The position numbers were made by a program, and so were the translations under genes. From Squalus acanthias (Eukaryota), in the NCBI GenBank assembly GCA_030390025.1, contig CM059433.1, forward strand, positions 21,144,001-21,208,000: a DNA stretch of 64,000 nucleotides. The letters are read 5' to 3'. The stretch's first letter is position 1; every line of letters starts with the position of its first letter. Under the pieces are notes generated by a model. That model made no database searches. It had not been told where the DNA came from and was given only the letters and a program-made list of their open reading frames with translations. Of the stretch, positions 27,279-39,682 are shown in pieces.

Positions 27279-27619
27279 CAGGTTGAGCGTCCTGAATTCC
27301 GCAACCTCGGGACCGAGGCCGAGCCGGTTTTCATGTTTTTCCGGACTTCGGAACGTGTTTCTGATGTCCGAAGTCCGGAAATATCGCAACCTGGGCTCGG
27401 GCGTTTCCGGACTTCGGACATCAGAAACACGTTCCGAGTCCGGAAATGCCTGGGCCCAGGTTGCGATATTTCCGGGTTTTTGGATGTCACCCGGCTGGCG
27501 GCGGAAACGGTTTGACAGGGTGTCCGGATTCTGGAACATTTTACGGATTCCGGACGACCCTGCCACCAATCGCCCCGGAGTCCGGATTCCGGAACTCCGG
27601 ATTTTGGACGCTCAACCTG
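27279..27619. mobile_element. Tc1/mariner (pogo/Tigger-type) MITE
   Basis: TIR caggttgagcgtcc / ggacgctcaacctg flanked by TA on both sides; CAGGTTGAG terminus is typical of Tigger/Zombi-type elements. Confidence 0.88.
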
Positions 27620-27784
27620 TATTTGCAAATGCAGCCAAGAGAAAAGGGATGCTTTTGTGGTAATCATAATCTCTTTAACTACCTTTTATCAATTGTTTAC
27701 CCAACTTCACATTTTATGTTGTGTGTCAACGGTTATGGATTTGAAAATGTTCTGGATTCTATCAGACTCTGTCATGTCCAATCT

Positions 27785-28290
27785 ATGCAGAGCAGGAGTC
27801 AGCAAAGCCAATAGCAGGTTGAATTATATTGCTAAAATAGTAGGATATAAGCCAGAGGAACTTGTGATCAAAGTGCATGGTCAGACTGCACCTTGAGTAC
27901 TGGGCTCAAGCACTGCAGACAGGGCAGAGTAAAGCCCACAGGGCTGATCTGTAGTGTCAAAGCTGAATTATCAGGAATGGCGGGAGAAGCTTAGGATTTC
28001 CAGGCTGGAAAGGAGCAGTCTGCGAGATTTTCTTATGGAGGTATACAAGATAGTTAATGGAATGGAGAAAGTAAATATTACTTTAAATTAAATTGTTCAA
28101 GCTAGCAAAAGTTAATTTAGGATTGATAACGGGAATCTCTTCACACAAAAAAAAAATATTTGGGGTAGATTTCCAGATAAAGTAAAGGCAAAAACCCTGG
28201 AATAATTTAAGAAATGATTTGCTGCAGCAATGGGGGCTGTGGAGTCTTTCTGGATAGCTGAATTAAGATGGCCTGAATGATCTTGCCTCC
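27785..28290 (+). mobile_element. old, decayed CR1 3' fragment
   Basis: SKANSRLNYIAK..GYKPEE, gtcagactgcaccttgagtactg, ttcacacaa.., aagatggcctgaatg. Confidence 0.7.
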
Positions 28291-29324
28291 AATATGGCAG
28301 ATAGGCAGCGCACGCTCAACACAAGCCAGATGTGCACCCTCCCGCCTTGTTGGTGTAGGCAGAAGCTAGGCGTCCAGAGCTCGTGCCTCAAACAAGCATT
28401 TGCCCCTTTGTATGTTCGAATAAGGGGCCTAACACCTGCGGAAGGCCCTCTTTGCAGCATTGCTTTGCCCTGAGGAAGCCAGCCGGCTGCCTTCAGGAAA
28501 ACCAGGTCGACGTGCAATCTAACAGGTGGTCTTTAAAGGGACTGCTGCAGGCCGCCACCAAAAAGGTAAGTCTGTTAAAAATATTTCCCTGCATGTGGAG
28601 CCAGGAGGTGCAGGAGTGCATCTCCTGACCCTAACTTAAAACCATGGGCTGCTGCCAGCCACTACTTGTCCCTCCTCCCACCCCACCCCCCCCGCCCCCC
28701 CCCGCCCCCCGCCCCCCCCGGCCGATCATGACCAGCCCACCCGATCACGACCTCAAACCCCTCGATTGCCGCTGCTACCCTACTTATGGACCTCATCCCG
28801 TCCCAGTCATCCACTTCCCGATCACCCCTCCTCCAAGTTACCTCCCTCTCCCGATTGTCCCCTCTCCCAGTCACCCCCTCTCCTGGTCCCCATTAAACTC
28901 TTACATAAGAACATAAGAAATAGGAGCTGGAGTAGGCCATTTGGCCCTTTGAGCCTGCTCCACCATTCAATAAGATCATGGCTGATCTTCTACCTCAACT
29001 CCACCTTCCCGCACTATCCCCATATCCTTTAATTCCCTTAGTTCCCAAAAAATTATCGACCTCTGTCTTGAATATACTCAACGACTGAGCATCCACAGCT
29101 CTCTGGGGTAGAGAATTCCAAAGATTCACAACCCTTTGAGTGAAGAAATTTATCCTCACCTCAGTCCTAAATGGCCGACCCCTTATTCTGAGACTGTGAC
29201 CCCATGTTCTAGATTCCCCAGCCAGGGGAAACATTTTCTCAGCATTAACCCTGTCAAGCCCCTTAAGAATTTTATATGTTTCAATGAGATCACCTCTTAT
29301 TCTTCTAAACTCTGAGGAATATAG

Positions 29325-30020
29325 ATACGATAGCAAAATACTGCAGATGCTGGATATCCGAAATAACAACAGAAAACGCTGGAAAAACTCAGCAGGCCAG
29401 GCAGCATCCGTGGAGAGAGAAAGAGAGTTGACGTTTCAGGTCGATGACCTTTCATCAGAACTGGGAAGAGCTGGAAATCAAATAGATTTAAGGCCAGGGT
29501 AAAGCTGGGAAAAGGGGGAGGGGATAAAGGAACAAAGGAGGAGATGAAGAGACATTAAGAGACATTAAGAGATATGCAAGGCTAGAGGTGGTGTTAATGT
29601 GACAGATTAAGGCTGAATGAAGTGTGAAATCTACTGGCAGAATGAAGGACAGCTGCCAGCTTCTAGGAGGAAAAAAAAGGTGGGGGGGACAAATAAAAGG
29701 GTGGATAAAATAAAATATAAATGTGATTGGAGCTGAGGTTATGATCTAAAATTGTTGAACTCGATATTGAGTCCAGAGGGCTGTAGCGTGCCTAAACGAA
29801 AGATGAGGTGCTGTTCCTCGAGCTTACGCTGAGCTTCCGTGGAACAGTGTATTAGGCCGAGGACGGTGAGGTCAGAGTGGGAGTGAAGCGGTGAATTAAA
29901 GTGACAGGCCACCGGGAGCTCGGGGTCCCCCTTACGGACTGAACGGAGGTGTTCCGCAAAGCGGTCACCCAATCTGCGTTTGGTCTCCCCAATGTAGAGG
30001 AGTCCACATCGTGAGCAGCA
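29325..30020 (-). mobile_element. Penelope-like element 3' fragment (GIY-YIG endonuclease plus pLTR)
   Basis: CSRCGLLYIGETKRRLGDRFAEHLRSV...LPVACHFN...EQHLIFRLGTLQPSGLN; aatatag repeated at both junctions with the CR1. Confidence 0.92.
29426..29462 (-). ncRNA. minimal type I hammerhead ribozyme motif in a Penelope pLTR
   Basis: Minus strand agtt-CTGATGA-a-aggtc atc gacct-GAAA-cgtc-aact: intact core, stem II and stem I (agtt/aact). Confidence 0.75.
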
Positions 30021-31315
30021 AATATAGGCCTAGTCTATCAATCTCTCCTCATAGGGCAATCCCCTCATCCCAGGAACTAGTCTAGTGAATCTTCATTGCA
30101 CTCCCTCTAAGGCAAGTATGTCTTTCCTTAGGTAAGGAGACCAGAACTGCACACAGTACTCCAGGTGTGGCCTCACCAATGCCCTGTATAATTGTAGTAA
30201 GACTTCTTTACTCTTATACTCTAAACCCTTTGTAACAAAAGCTAACGTACCATTTGCTTTCCTAATTGCTTGCTGTACCTGCATGTTAACTTTCTGTGAT
30301 TCATGTACAAGGACACCCAAGCCCTTCTGAATGCAAACATTTCCCAGTCTCTCACCATTCAAAAAATATTCTGCTTTTTTGTTTTTCCTACCAAAGTGGA
30401 TAACTTCACACTTCCCCACATTGTATTCCACTTGCCATGTTTTTGCCAAAAACAACCTGTCAACCTGTCTATATCTCTCTGCAGCCCCTTTGCGTCCTCC
30501 TCACAGCCTACTTTCCCACCTAACTTTGTATCATCAGCAAACTTGGATACGTTACACTCAGTCCCTTCATCTAAGTCATTAATATAGATTGTAAATAGTC
30601 AAGGCCCAAGCACTGATCCTTGCGGTACCCCACTAGTTACAGCCTGCCAACCCGAAAATGACCAGTTTATTCCTACTCACTGTTTTCTGTCCATTAACCA
30701 ATCCTCAATCCATGCTAATATATTACCCCCAATCCCATGAGTCCTAATTTTGTGTAATAACCTCTTGTGTGGCACCTTATCGAATGCTTTTTGAAAATTC
30801 AAATACACGACATCCACTGGTTCCCCTTATCCATCCTACTAGTTACATCTTCAAAAAACTCTAACAGATTTGTTAAACATGATTTCACTTTCATAAAAAA
30901 CATGTTGACTCTGCCCAATCATATTACGATTTTCTAAGTGCCCTGTTACCACGTCCCTAATAATAGATTCTAGCATTTTGCCTACTACTGATGTCAGGAT
31001 AACTGGCCTATAGTTCCCCTTTTTTTCTCTTCCTCCTTACTTAAATAGTTTGCTACGTTCCAATCCTTGGGGACTGTCCTAGAATCTGTCCTAGAATACC
31101 AGTGCATCCACTATCTCTGCAGCTACCTCTTTTAAAACCTTTGCCTGAGAGCCCCTGCCAGCGATGTTGTGGCCCAGTCTTCGAGGCCTCTTTTCCGGCG
31201 AGCTGTCTGCGGATTCCCATCAGGTGTCCGAAGCTCCCTAATTCAATGATAATGAGGCCCAGTGCCCAATTTTAGGTGCGCCTCTGGCCCATCCATTCAG
31301 GTGCAAGGATCGCTC

Positions 31316-31643
31316 CCGTCTTTCGGATGAGACGTTAAACCGAGGCCCCGTCTGCCCTCTCAGGTGGACGTAAAAGATCCCATGACACTATTTTGAAGAA
31401 GAGCAGGGGAGTTATCCCTGGTGTCCTGGCCAATATTTATCCCTCAATCAACATCACTAAAGCAGATTATCTTGTCATTATCACATTGCTGTTTGTCGGA
31501 GCTTGCTGTGCGCAAATTGGCTGCCATGTTTCCTACATTACAACAGTGACTACACTCCAAAAAGTACTTAATTGGCTGTAAAGCGCTTTGGGACGTCCGG
31601 TGGTCGTGAAAGGCGCTATATAAATGCAAGTCTTTTTTTCTTT
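31316..31643 (+). mobile_element. DeuSINE, 5'-truncated
   Basis: Homology to the 10322 copy. Confidence 0.9.
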
Positions 31644-33836
31644 GTGCCCAATAGGCTGAATTGTGGCTAAACATTTTTAGTGGCTCCATTGTTATTCCAG
31701 GTTTTTATACGGATTGGTTTCCTCTCTGTGTTTGAGTGCTCGTTTCACACTTCTGTGGTTTGCAGTTACTGTTGATGACATTCTAGTTCCATTACTGATG
31801 TGTTTTTTTTTCAATTCTGTCATCTTTCAGGCAAAATGCTAGATGATAAGTACTGACTAAATAGGCTTGAAATTTATGTATGTGTGCTCGTTTCCTAAAG
31901 CAGCATATAGTGATTGGCAGGTAAAGGGGGAATTGAAATCATGTGCGGACAGTTTAAATGAATCCTCTGTCTGATCATTTTAGCTCTTGTTTTGCGACTA
32001 GAATAGTAGCTCATAAATTAATAGTAACAAAAGAATAGTAAATTTGTGACAGTGACTTATGAAAGCATTCAGTCGCAGTTATTTAAAAAGAAATATTAAG
32101 TGCAGCTCCTGCTGTGATTCCAGCCTCTTGGAGTGTGAAGGTGTAATCTGCTTTTCAGGCTTTAAATAGAAACTGTAAACATATGGTTCCAATATTTCTT
32201 TCCCTGAAGCGGATCTGGCAGGATCTTCCTCCTGAAAATTGTCTGCTACTCGGTTCTGTCTCAGTTCCCTTACTACATGTGGTGGGCGGTCCCTTTAGGT
32301 TTGCAGAAGACAGTGATCTGTCAAGCAATGTAATAGTAGTTTGTTTTAAAAGCAATATTATACACAGCAACTTTCATTGCATTATTTTACACTGTGCAAA
32401 TCAAATCACCAATGACTATATGATAGCCCCCCAAAATCTTTATGGTCAGAATAAAACACTTTATTGAGACCATATTGTTAGAGGATGGGTGTTCTTATAA
32501 CTTTATAAGTTACTCCTCAAAATAATGGATTTCTAAAGCATTTATTGGCTATCATTGAAATTAAGCATTCAGTGATATCATTGGCAATAATTACACATAA
32601 ACTTATGGCTACGAGTTCACCGGAGGATTCAAACCCGTTACAATTTTCGAGCTGGAGGATTTTTCAAGGCTGATTAGGCCTCATCAGATTCTGAAGTATC
32701 TCTCCTAACACCCACTCTTTTATACCTTTTTCCCTTTCCTGCTACATGACCATCCTTATGTTTCTACATGAGCTCATCCACAGTTATCATTCAACACTGA
32801 TTTGATTGTCCTGTCCTTGCAGCCATAGATTGCATTCCCTTAATTTGACTCACACTCCCGATTTTTCCAGAGCTATGGTATTTCTCGGGCAGTTGCCTCT
32901 TCAAGGCTATAGCAAACAAAGGCAGCTTCTTTGTCCACTGCTGAATTTCTTCTCAGCTAAAGACTGTCTCTGCTTGTTCTGTGTCTTTGCAATAACTTCA
33001 GTTTTGACGATTTATTTTCCATCTGGAAAGGAAGATATATTCGCAGACGTATTCTCTTGCAGAATTTATTATCTACTAATTACTGAAATGTCTTTTAGTG
33101 ATGTGTACTCTCCAAACTGACCATTGCTTTTAATTTCATTTTATATTAATAAATTAAAGCAAGCCTGTCTTATGATTACACTTTCATTCTTCAAACAGAA
33201 ACTCACTTAACAAACAAAAGCTAAAAGTTAATATTATTACAATATAAAGAGACTTCGAGACAATTTAATTAACTCTTTCCTTGCAATATTATGATTCTGA
33301 AATGTGACTCTCTATAAAACAAGTCAAACATATTGTAGAAAGGGAGTTGATTATAGTGTTGATCATTGACAAAAAATTAGTAGAGGCCACTTGTTCTTCT
33401 TGTGTTTTGAATTATTATAACCCAACCTTCTTGACTTCCTCTCATTGATTAGATCATTATGGTTTGACTTTGTGCCATCTTGGTTGAATTAGAATATTAC
33501 TGTTTATATTTTCAGTAATATGTATAATATCCATTGGGCTGAATTTTCTTCCTCTTTACTGTTGGAATATTCAGCACTACCTCAACTGTGAACTGTGCAT
33601 ACCTCAGTTCCATGTCCGAGCTGCTTCAAAGTTATGAATATGACTTTAATATTACTATGCATGTGTGAATGCTACAAATGACTTTGCCATTATGGCCAGG
33701 ATCTTTGGGAGATGATCTGCACAAGCCATCAATGTTGAAAGAACATTGCTGACCTACGCAGGTGAGCTGAGAGGTCAACCCACCCAAGGCCACTGGCAAA
33801 ATGGTGACATAATAATGTCAAAATGCACTGACACGC

Positions 33837-34615
33837 GGGTGCGATCTTGCCAGCCCTGGGGAGGCAGGTATGGAGGCGGGACTGCCGGGAAAATGGCAGA
33901 ATTTGGCACCGCCCCCAACCCGCCTCCGTGCCATCTTGCCAGAAGACGAGTAGCCGACCCGCGTCTCCTTGAAGGTGGGAAGAGATTACAGCCACTTAAC
34001 TGCCTGTTAACAGGCAGATAAGAGGATTATCCCCATTTTGCCCACATAAGTGCGGGCTTCCCGAAGGCTCCGAACCCCGCCAGGGTCACCGAGGCGAGCA
34101 GTGGGTCTGCGGGGGTCGGAGGGGTCCAAAAGTGTGCTGTGGAGGTAAGTGATGGGTGCAAGTGTGGAGAGGTGAGTATGTGAGGTAAGTGGAAAGTGTT
34201 AGAAAAGGTTTACTTACCTTTGTTTCTTCCTGCAGCCTTCAATCGGTGGGTATGCGGGGAGACTCACACCTCCGCGGCAGAGATGACAGATGGCCGCTGC
34301 ATTCTCCAATGCAACAACCATCTAATTTCTACAAAAGAAAGAGGTTTGATGAGGTCTTGAATTCAAGAACTCATCAAACTACAGAGAATGTCAGTGTTTG
34401 ACAGCTTGACAGAGCTGTCAAACGATGACAATTCATCTGTCAAAAATTTTTGACAGATGAAATGTCATACGTTGACGTGCTCTGCAACCGGCTTTCCCTT
34501 AATTGGCCTGCTAAGCCCGCTGGGCGGGCTTAACAAGGTCAATCAAGGGAAAATAGCGTGGGTTGGCCACAAATCAATGGAGGCGGGACATCGACCCATT
34601 GGCAAAATCACGCCC
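33837..34615. mobile_element. Harbinger non-autonomous element (D group)
   Basis: TIRs gggtgcgatcttgcca / tggcaaaatcacgccc; GGAGGCGGG/ACCCGCC subterminal motifs as in the 37511 element; TSD not preserved. Confidence 0.7.
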
Positions 34616-35870
34616 AAACTGTAGTGCTGTATGATTCTCCTGGAGGAACCAATTGGAACTAAAGGAACCCTCTGATATCAACATGTTAATCATTGGTATG
34701 ATAATGTTGCAAGGCATTCATTCCAGGCTGATATTGGAAATGCTATTCATTATTCACCCAATATGTACAAATACATATTTCCAGCAGGAGTAACTGTATG
34801 GCAATCAGAAACAGGTCACTGATTTTATTCCCTCCTATCCTGGTATCGCAGATCTTTTTCAAAAACATTTTACCAATGTTTGCTAAAATTCATTGTAATA
34901 CTGATGGTTTCTCTTTATCTAGAAGGTCCTAGACAAATCATATGTATTGTCCTTTGAAATAAGCTCACAATTTCATTATTGCAGAATATTTTTGCTTTCA
35001 TACACATTTCTGAAAAATTCAATTTGTTTTTTTACTTCTGAAATTTTACTGCTTATGTTAGTTCAGCATTCCAGCTGAATCGATGGCTCAGTCATTACAA
35101 AAAACAATCTCTTCAGAAGTTTCCAGCTGATTTTGGGTTGAAGAAATGGTTCCTCTAGGGTTGAAGGATGATTCTCTTATCACCGTTTGGTGATCGTTTG
35201 GATTTAGAAATGACTGTATTGTCTTGCTTGCTAAAATATTCCTGAACCACCGAAACAAGATTATCGCAGCCAGCACTCTTCCTAAAACCCAGACGGGTTT
35301 TGATCCAAGTGAAGGGCTTTGGACCCAAACTTTGTTGGAAGACATATTTAAAGAACAAAACAGTAATCTGTACATTACCTTCTTCAATTTGACACTGTAT
35401 GCAGATAGGGACTGTGGAAGTTCTTGATGAAGTTTGGCTGATGTGGTGTTGAGATGAGTGATAACTACTGGAGTAGTGACTGTAAGCTTTGTCCGTCAGC
35501 ATGATTGAAGCTTAGGGATGTTGTGCCAACCTAACAGCTTGGACTGCTCTTTTCTGCCAGGCTGAAGGAAGCCATACCAGATCCCCTGGAAAGAGTGTTC
35601 ATCGAGTTCAGGACAGATTGAAAGGTGTTCAACTCACAAGAAAAAAGAAAGAACTTGCATTTGTATAGCACCTTTCATGACCTCAGGATGTCCCAAAGTG
35701 CTTTTCAGCCAATGAAGTACTTTTGAAGTGTAGTCACTGTTGTAATGTAGGGAAACACAAACAGCAATGAGATAAATGAGCAGATAATCTGTTTTAGTGA
35801 TGTTGGTCGAGGGATCAATGTTGGCCATGACACTGGAGTACACTCCTGCTCTTCTTTGAAAAGTGCCATG

Positions 35871-37402
35871 CGGCTGGATTTTGCCAGCGGAGGCGGGTTT
35901 GCGGTGGGAGTGCTGGTTGGCGGGTTCCGGTCCTACTCCTGGCTTATCCATATGCTTATGGAGGGAGTCACAGCACGCAGGGAGGTTATCTTCCCTTCCA
36001 AGGGTGGAAGAGACCTCCCCAGGACACCAACGAAGCCTGGTTGCACATTGCATAGGAGGGCAAAAGCAGAGATGTTGTCAGGAGCACCAGGCTGCAGTGG
36101 CGCAAACCTTTCAATGATCTCAGTAGATCACGAAACGTTACTGCAAAGACACACTTAATCTCATCCTGCTGTGCCACTCATCACATCCCCATAACTCTTC
36201 CTTCCCTACCCTACTCCTGCACATCCTTACTCACACCAACTTACCTTGCAACTCCACCCATCCCTCTCTATCTACATTATCATTTCCTCATCTCACTAGC
36301 CACCCCTCACACTCACCCTCATCCTAGTCCAATCATACCAACTAACAACACATATGGGTAGGCGCTTGGGTGTTTTATGCAATGGTCATGTAAATTTTCT
36401 GTTAATGTGTTGTCGAACATAGACATTTTTATTTTCAACACTTTGCCCTGTTGTACAGATCTGTGCTCACCTTTGGAAGTGTCTTAGTGAGTTGCAGTGA
36501 ATGGTGAGACATAACGGTATCCCACGCAATGGTGATGAGTGTGAAAGGAATGGCTTGGTCATTGTAGGAATGCATTATGGTGCTAGTGTGGGGTAGTGTT
36601 AACCTGGCACATCATGTGGCAGCCAGGGTGTACAGCGTCAAGTGAAGTAAATCTGGCCATGGTGATGCCATCGCTGGCCTCCCAGGCAGCAATGTGGTCA
36701 GGTGCTGATGCCCTGTGTCCTGTGCAGCATCAGGTGATTGCGGAGAAGGTTGGTATTGTTGTTGGTGCTGCTGGTCTGCCTGGTGATGCTGGTGTTGGGG
36801 CCGATTGTGGAGGGATTCAGAGGACCAAGGTGAGAATTTTTCAAGGGCACCGATGTTGCTGGAACAGATGGCTGCTGAAGTTGAGATGACAGAAGCGATC
36901 TGTCAGTGGTGAGAGAGCTTGCTCCAAGGAGGTGAGAGTGGATAGAGAGTTTACTCCAAACACTTCCAAACTGCATACAGCTTAAATGTGTCTTCCAAGT
37001 CCTGAAGGCTCAAGCTTCTGACATTGGAAAGTGACGAGCTGTGAAATGGTAGCTTTTATACCACTTATGCAGCTGTCACCTATTCACAGCAATGGGGAGA
37101 CATAGAGAACCCGACCTACTTATCTGACGTGATCTCAAAGGATGTGAACCCCGTTAAAAATGTGGTAAAATAGAAAAAGGCTGGCAAAATAGTAGTAAAT
37201 AAGCACTTAACAAGCAGTTAGTATCTTAAATGCCTCCCCTGCCGCTTGGTGTCGGGTCTGTTCTGAAATCGCAGACCCAACACTTTGGAAACTTACATGG
37301 AGGCGGATTCGCAGCGGGTACCCAACCCACTGTCAATCACTTTGATTTTGACAGCGGGCCCGCCTCCAAACCCACACTCTGAGTGCCGGCAAAATCGCGG
37401 CC
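35871..37402 (-). mobile_element. Harbinger deletion derivative retaining a Myb/SANT-like region (inverted sister of the 57545 copy)
   Basis: TIRs ..gattttgccagc / ccggcaaaatcgcggcc; MLMEGVTARREVIFP..AWLHIA..QWRKPFNDL; extensive reverse-complement similarity to 57545-59329. Confidence 0.85.
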
Positions 37403-38037
37403 ATCGTTTCTTTTACAACTACCTCAGAGGGCAGATGGGGTCTTGTTTTATTGTCTCATCCAAAAGACAGAACCTCCGACAGTGTAGCATTCCCTCAGTA
37501 CTGTACTTAAGTGGGCGATTTTCCCAGCCCTGAGGAGGCGGGTTTGGAGGCGGGACAGTTGGCAAAATCGCAAAAAGTGAGGGCGGGTTCGGAACCCGCC
37601 TCCAACCCGCCTCCGCGCAATTTTGCCGGAGGCAGGTTTGATGGGTGCGATTCGGTCCCGCCTCCATTAGTCGGGAGAGGTAGTTAAGACCCTTAAATAG
37701 TCGTTAAGGGCCTCTATAATCCTATTTTGACAGGCCTTCGTTATTTTGCCACATTTTGTGCGTGTTGCACGACCCTTCTAAACCACGCCAGCTAATCCTG
37801 GCGGGTTGACAAGTAGGTGGCCTCCTCACAGCTGCAACTCCACCATTAAAATGGAGCTTTCATCAGGGAGCAGTTGCAGGTGGCAGAATTTTTGTTCCAC
37901 AAGTCTTTCAGCACTTTTAGCAGGCCTACCGAAGTCCGAGGTGCTGCAGCTTCTATCTCTCAACTGTGGGACCTCCTTGGAAAACCCTCTCCCCACTTGG
38001 ACTGAGCACTTCCCTTTTGGAGGTATCTGCCAGCAGC

Positions 38038-39256
38038 ATGGGAACCACTTATTTCCTTTCATCATGGACCTCAGATTCGGATGAGGAGCAGCCACGGCAG
38101 CAGCAGAACCAGGCAACTCAGCAGCAACAGCAGCAGGAGCGCCAACCTCCTGCTCACCCACCTGATGCCGCACAAGGCAGAAGGCGCCAGCACGTCGCCG
38201 CAGGAGATACCCCCCTCTCAGGGTTTACAGACAGAGGATGAGCTACCTCAACATGACTGAGCAGCAGTGCCAAAGGAGGCTGAGAGTTTCGCGAGAGGTT
38301 GTCGGAGACATCTGCGCACTGCTGCACCAACACCTGGAGCCCAGAGGAGCGGCTGGACACCCCTTACCAGTGGCTGTCAAAGTCACCACCCCACTCAACT
38401 TTTTTGCCTCAGGCTCCTTCCCGGGATCATCAGCAGACATCAGCGACATCTCCCAGTCAGCCGCCCACAGTTGCATCACGCAGGTTACCGATGCCCTTTT
38501 CGCAAAGGCGCACAATTACATCCACTTCTCAAGGGATTAAGCAAGTGTAACCATGCGTTCAGTTGGCTTTGCAAATATGGCAGGCTTGCCAATGGTGCAG
38601 GGTGTCATAGGCTGCACACATGTGGCCCTTAGGGCACCCCATCACAACCCAGCTATCTTTGTCAACCGCAAGGGCTTCCAATCCCTCAACGTACAGCTGG
38701 TGTGTAACCACAAGAAGGAGATTTTGCATGTTTGCACCAAATTCTGTGGTAGTTGCCATGACTTATTCATCCTGCGGAACTCTAGTGTTCCTCCGCTCTT
38801 CAATCGCCAAACCAACTTAACGGATGGCTCCTTGGTGACAAGGGCTACCCCCTGAAGAAGTGGCTAATGACGCCGATCAGGAGGCCAGCCAACGAGGCTG
38901 AGGAGCGCTACAATGCCAGCCACATTTCGACCAGGTTCATCATCGAGCAAACCATTGGCTTACTGAAGATGCGATTCCGATGCCTTGACAGATCAGGTGG
39001 AGCCCTGCAGTATTCAGCAGCCAGGGTCTCCAGAATGATCATGATCTGCCATGCACTGCACAACATGGCACAGCGTCGTGGCTTGCAGTTTCCTGATGAA
39101 CAAGTGGCTCAGTTCATAGCCTCCTCAGATAAGGATGAGGATGAGGAGGAGGAGGAGGACTGAGCGGCGGCGCATCTACCAGCAGCAGCAGCAGCACGCG
39201 AGCACATGGCTGCCCGTGATGAAAGGGATGCACTCATCGTGGCCAGATTTGCATAG
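38038..39256 (+). pseudogene. HARBI1-like DDE transposase with frameshifts and stops
   Basis: [32 protein letters not shown] (expected D is G), [50 protein letters not shown]; in-frame stops at 38538 and 39161. Confidence 0.93.
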
Positions 39257-39489
39257 GTTGCCCATTGTGGCATATGTGCTTGGCTCCTTCTTAACATATG
39301 ATAGAAAATGGACATGACTCTCTGGCCTCCTTTCACTCTGACCACCAACCTGACCACACAAGTGTCGCGGAGCCCGCAATGTGGAGCTGCCTAAGCTGAA
39401 ATAACAGATGCCATCACGCCAACAGTTTACCATCACCTAATTTTAATACATTCACATAGGGATGACATTTCATCAATAAACAGAAACAA

Positions 39490-39682
39490 TCACCCAATCT
39501 GCACAGAGATCTGGAGGTTATATCCCTTGCCAGCTGGACCCACACAGCCTTGGTTTCTTTGGGAGGCCTCTTCCTCCCAGATGAGGGGAAGAGCACCTCC
39601 CTGCTAGCTCTCGCCCCCTCAACCAGCATACCCAGCGCCTCATCCGAGAACCTCGGGAGGTCCTTGCCTTGGAGCTGGCCAT
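39490..39682 (-). pseudogene. Myb/SANT-like (trihelix) Harbinger partner gene, truncated
   Basis: PRFSDEALGMLVEGARASREVLFPSSGRKRPPKETKAVWVQLARDITSRS; no third-helix QxRKxFNDL segment follows. Confidence 0.8.

Larger units (their letters stand above)
28903..31135 (-). mobile_element. 5'-truncated CR1 LINE interrupted by a Penelope fragment
   Basis: RT fragments (ORFs 28995-29369, 30093-30455), highly similar to the 3084 copy; acataagaacataagaa tail. Confidence 0.95.
28295..31312 (+). mobile_element. Harbinger-MITE-like element (family B-related) split by CR1; boundaries approximate
   Basis: aaaggtaagtc..ggagccaggaggtgcaggagtgc core and C-rich tract before the CR1; GC-rich continuation at 31141-31312. 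Confidence 0.5.

Noticed and set aside
27259..27814. Cluster of ORFs on both strands
   Set aside because: Artefact of the GC-rich palindromic Tigger-type MITE, which has few stop codons.
38038..39256. Domesticated HARBI1 host gene
   Set aside because: It sits within TIRs with a TAA TSD and has stops, frameshifts and a mutated catalytic Asp, so it is a dead transposon copy.
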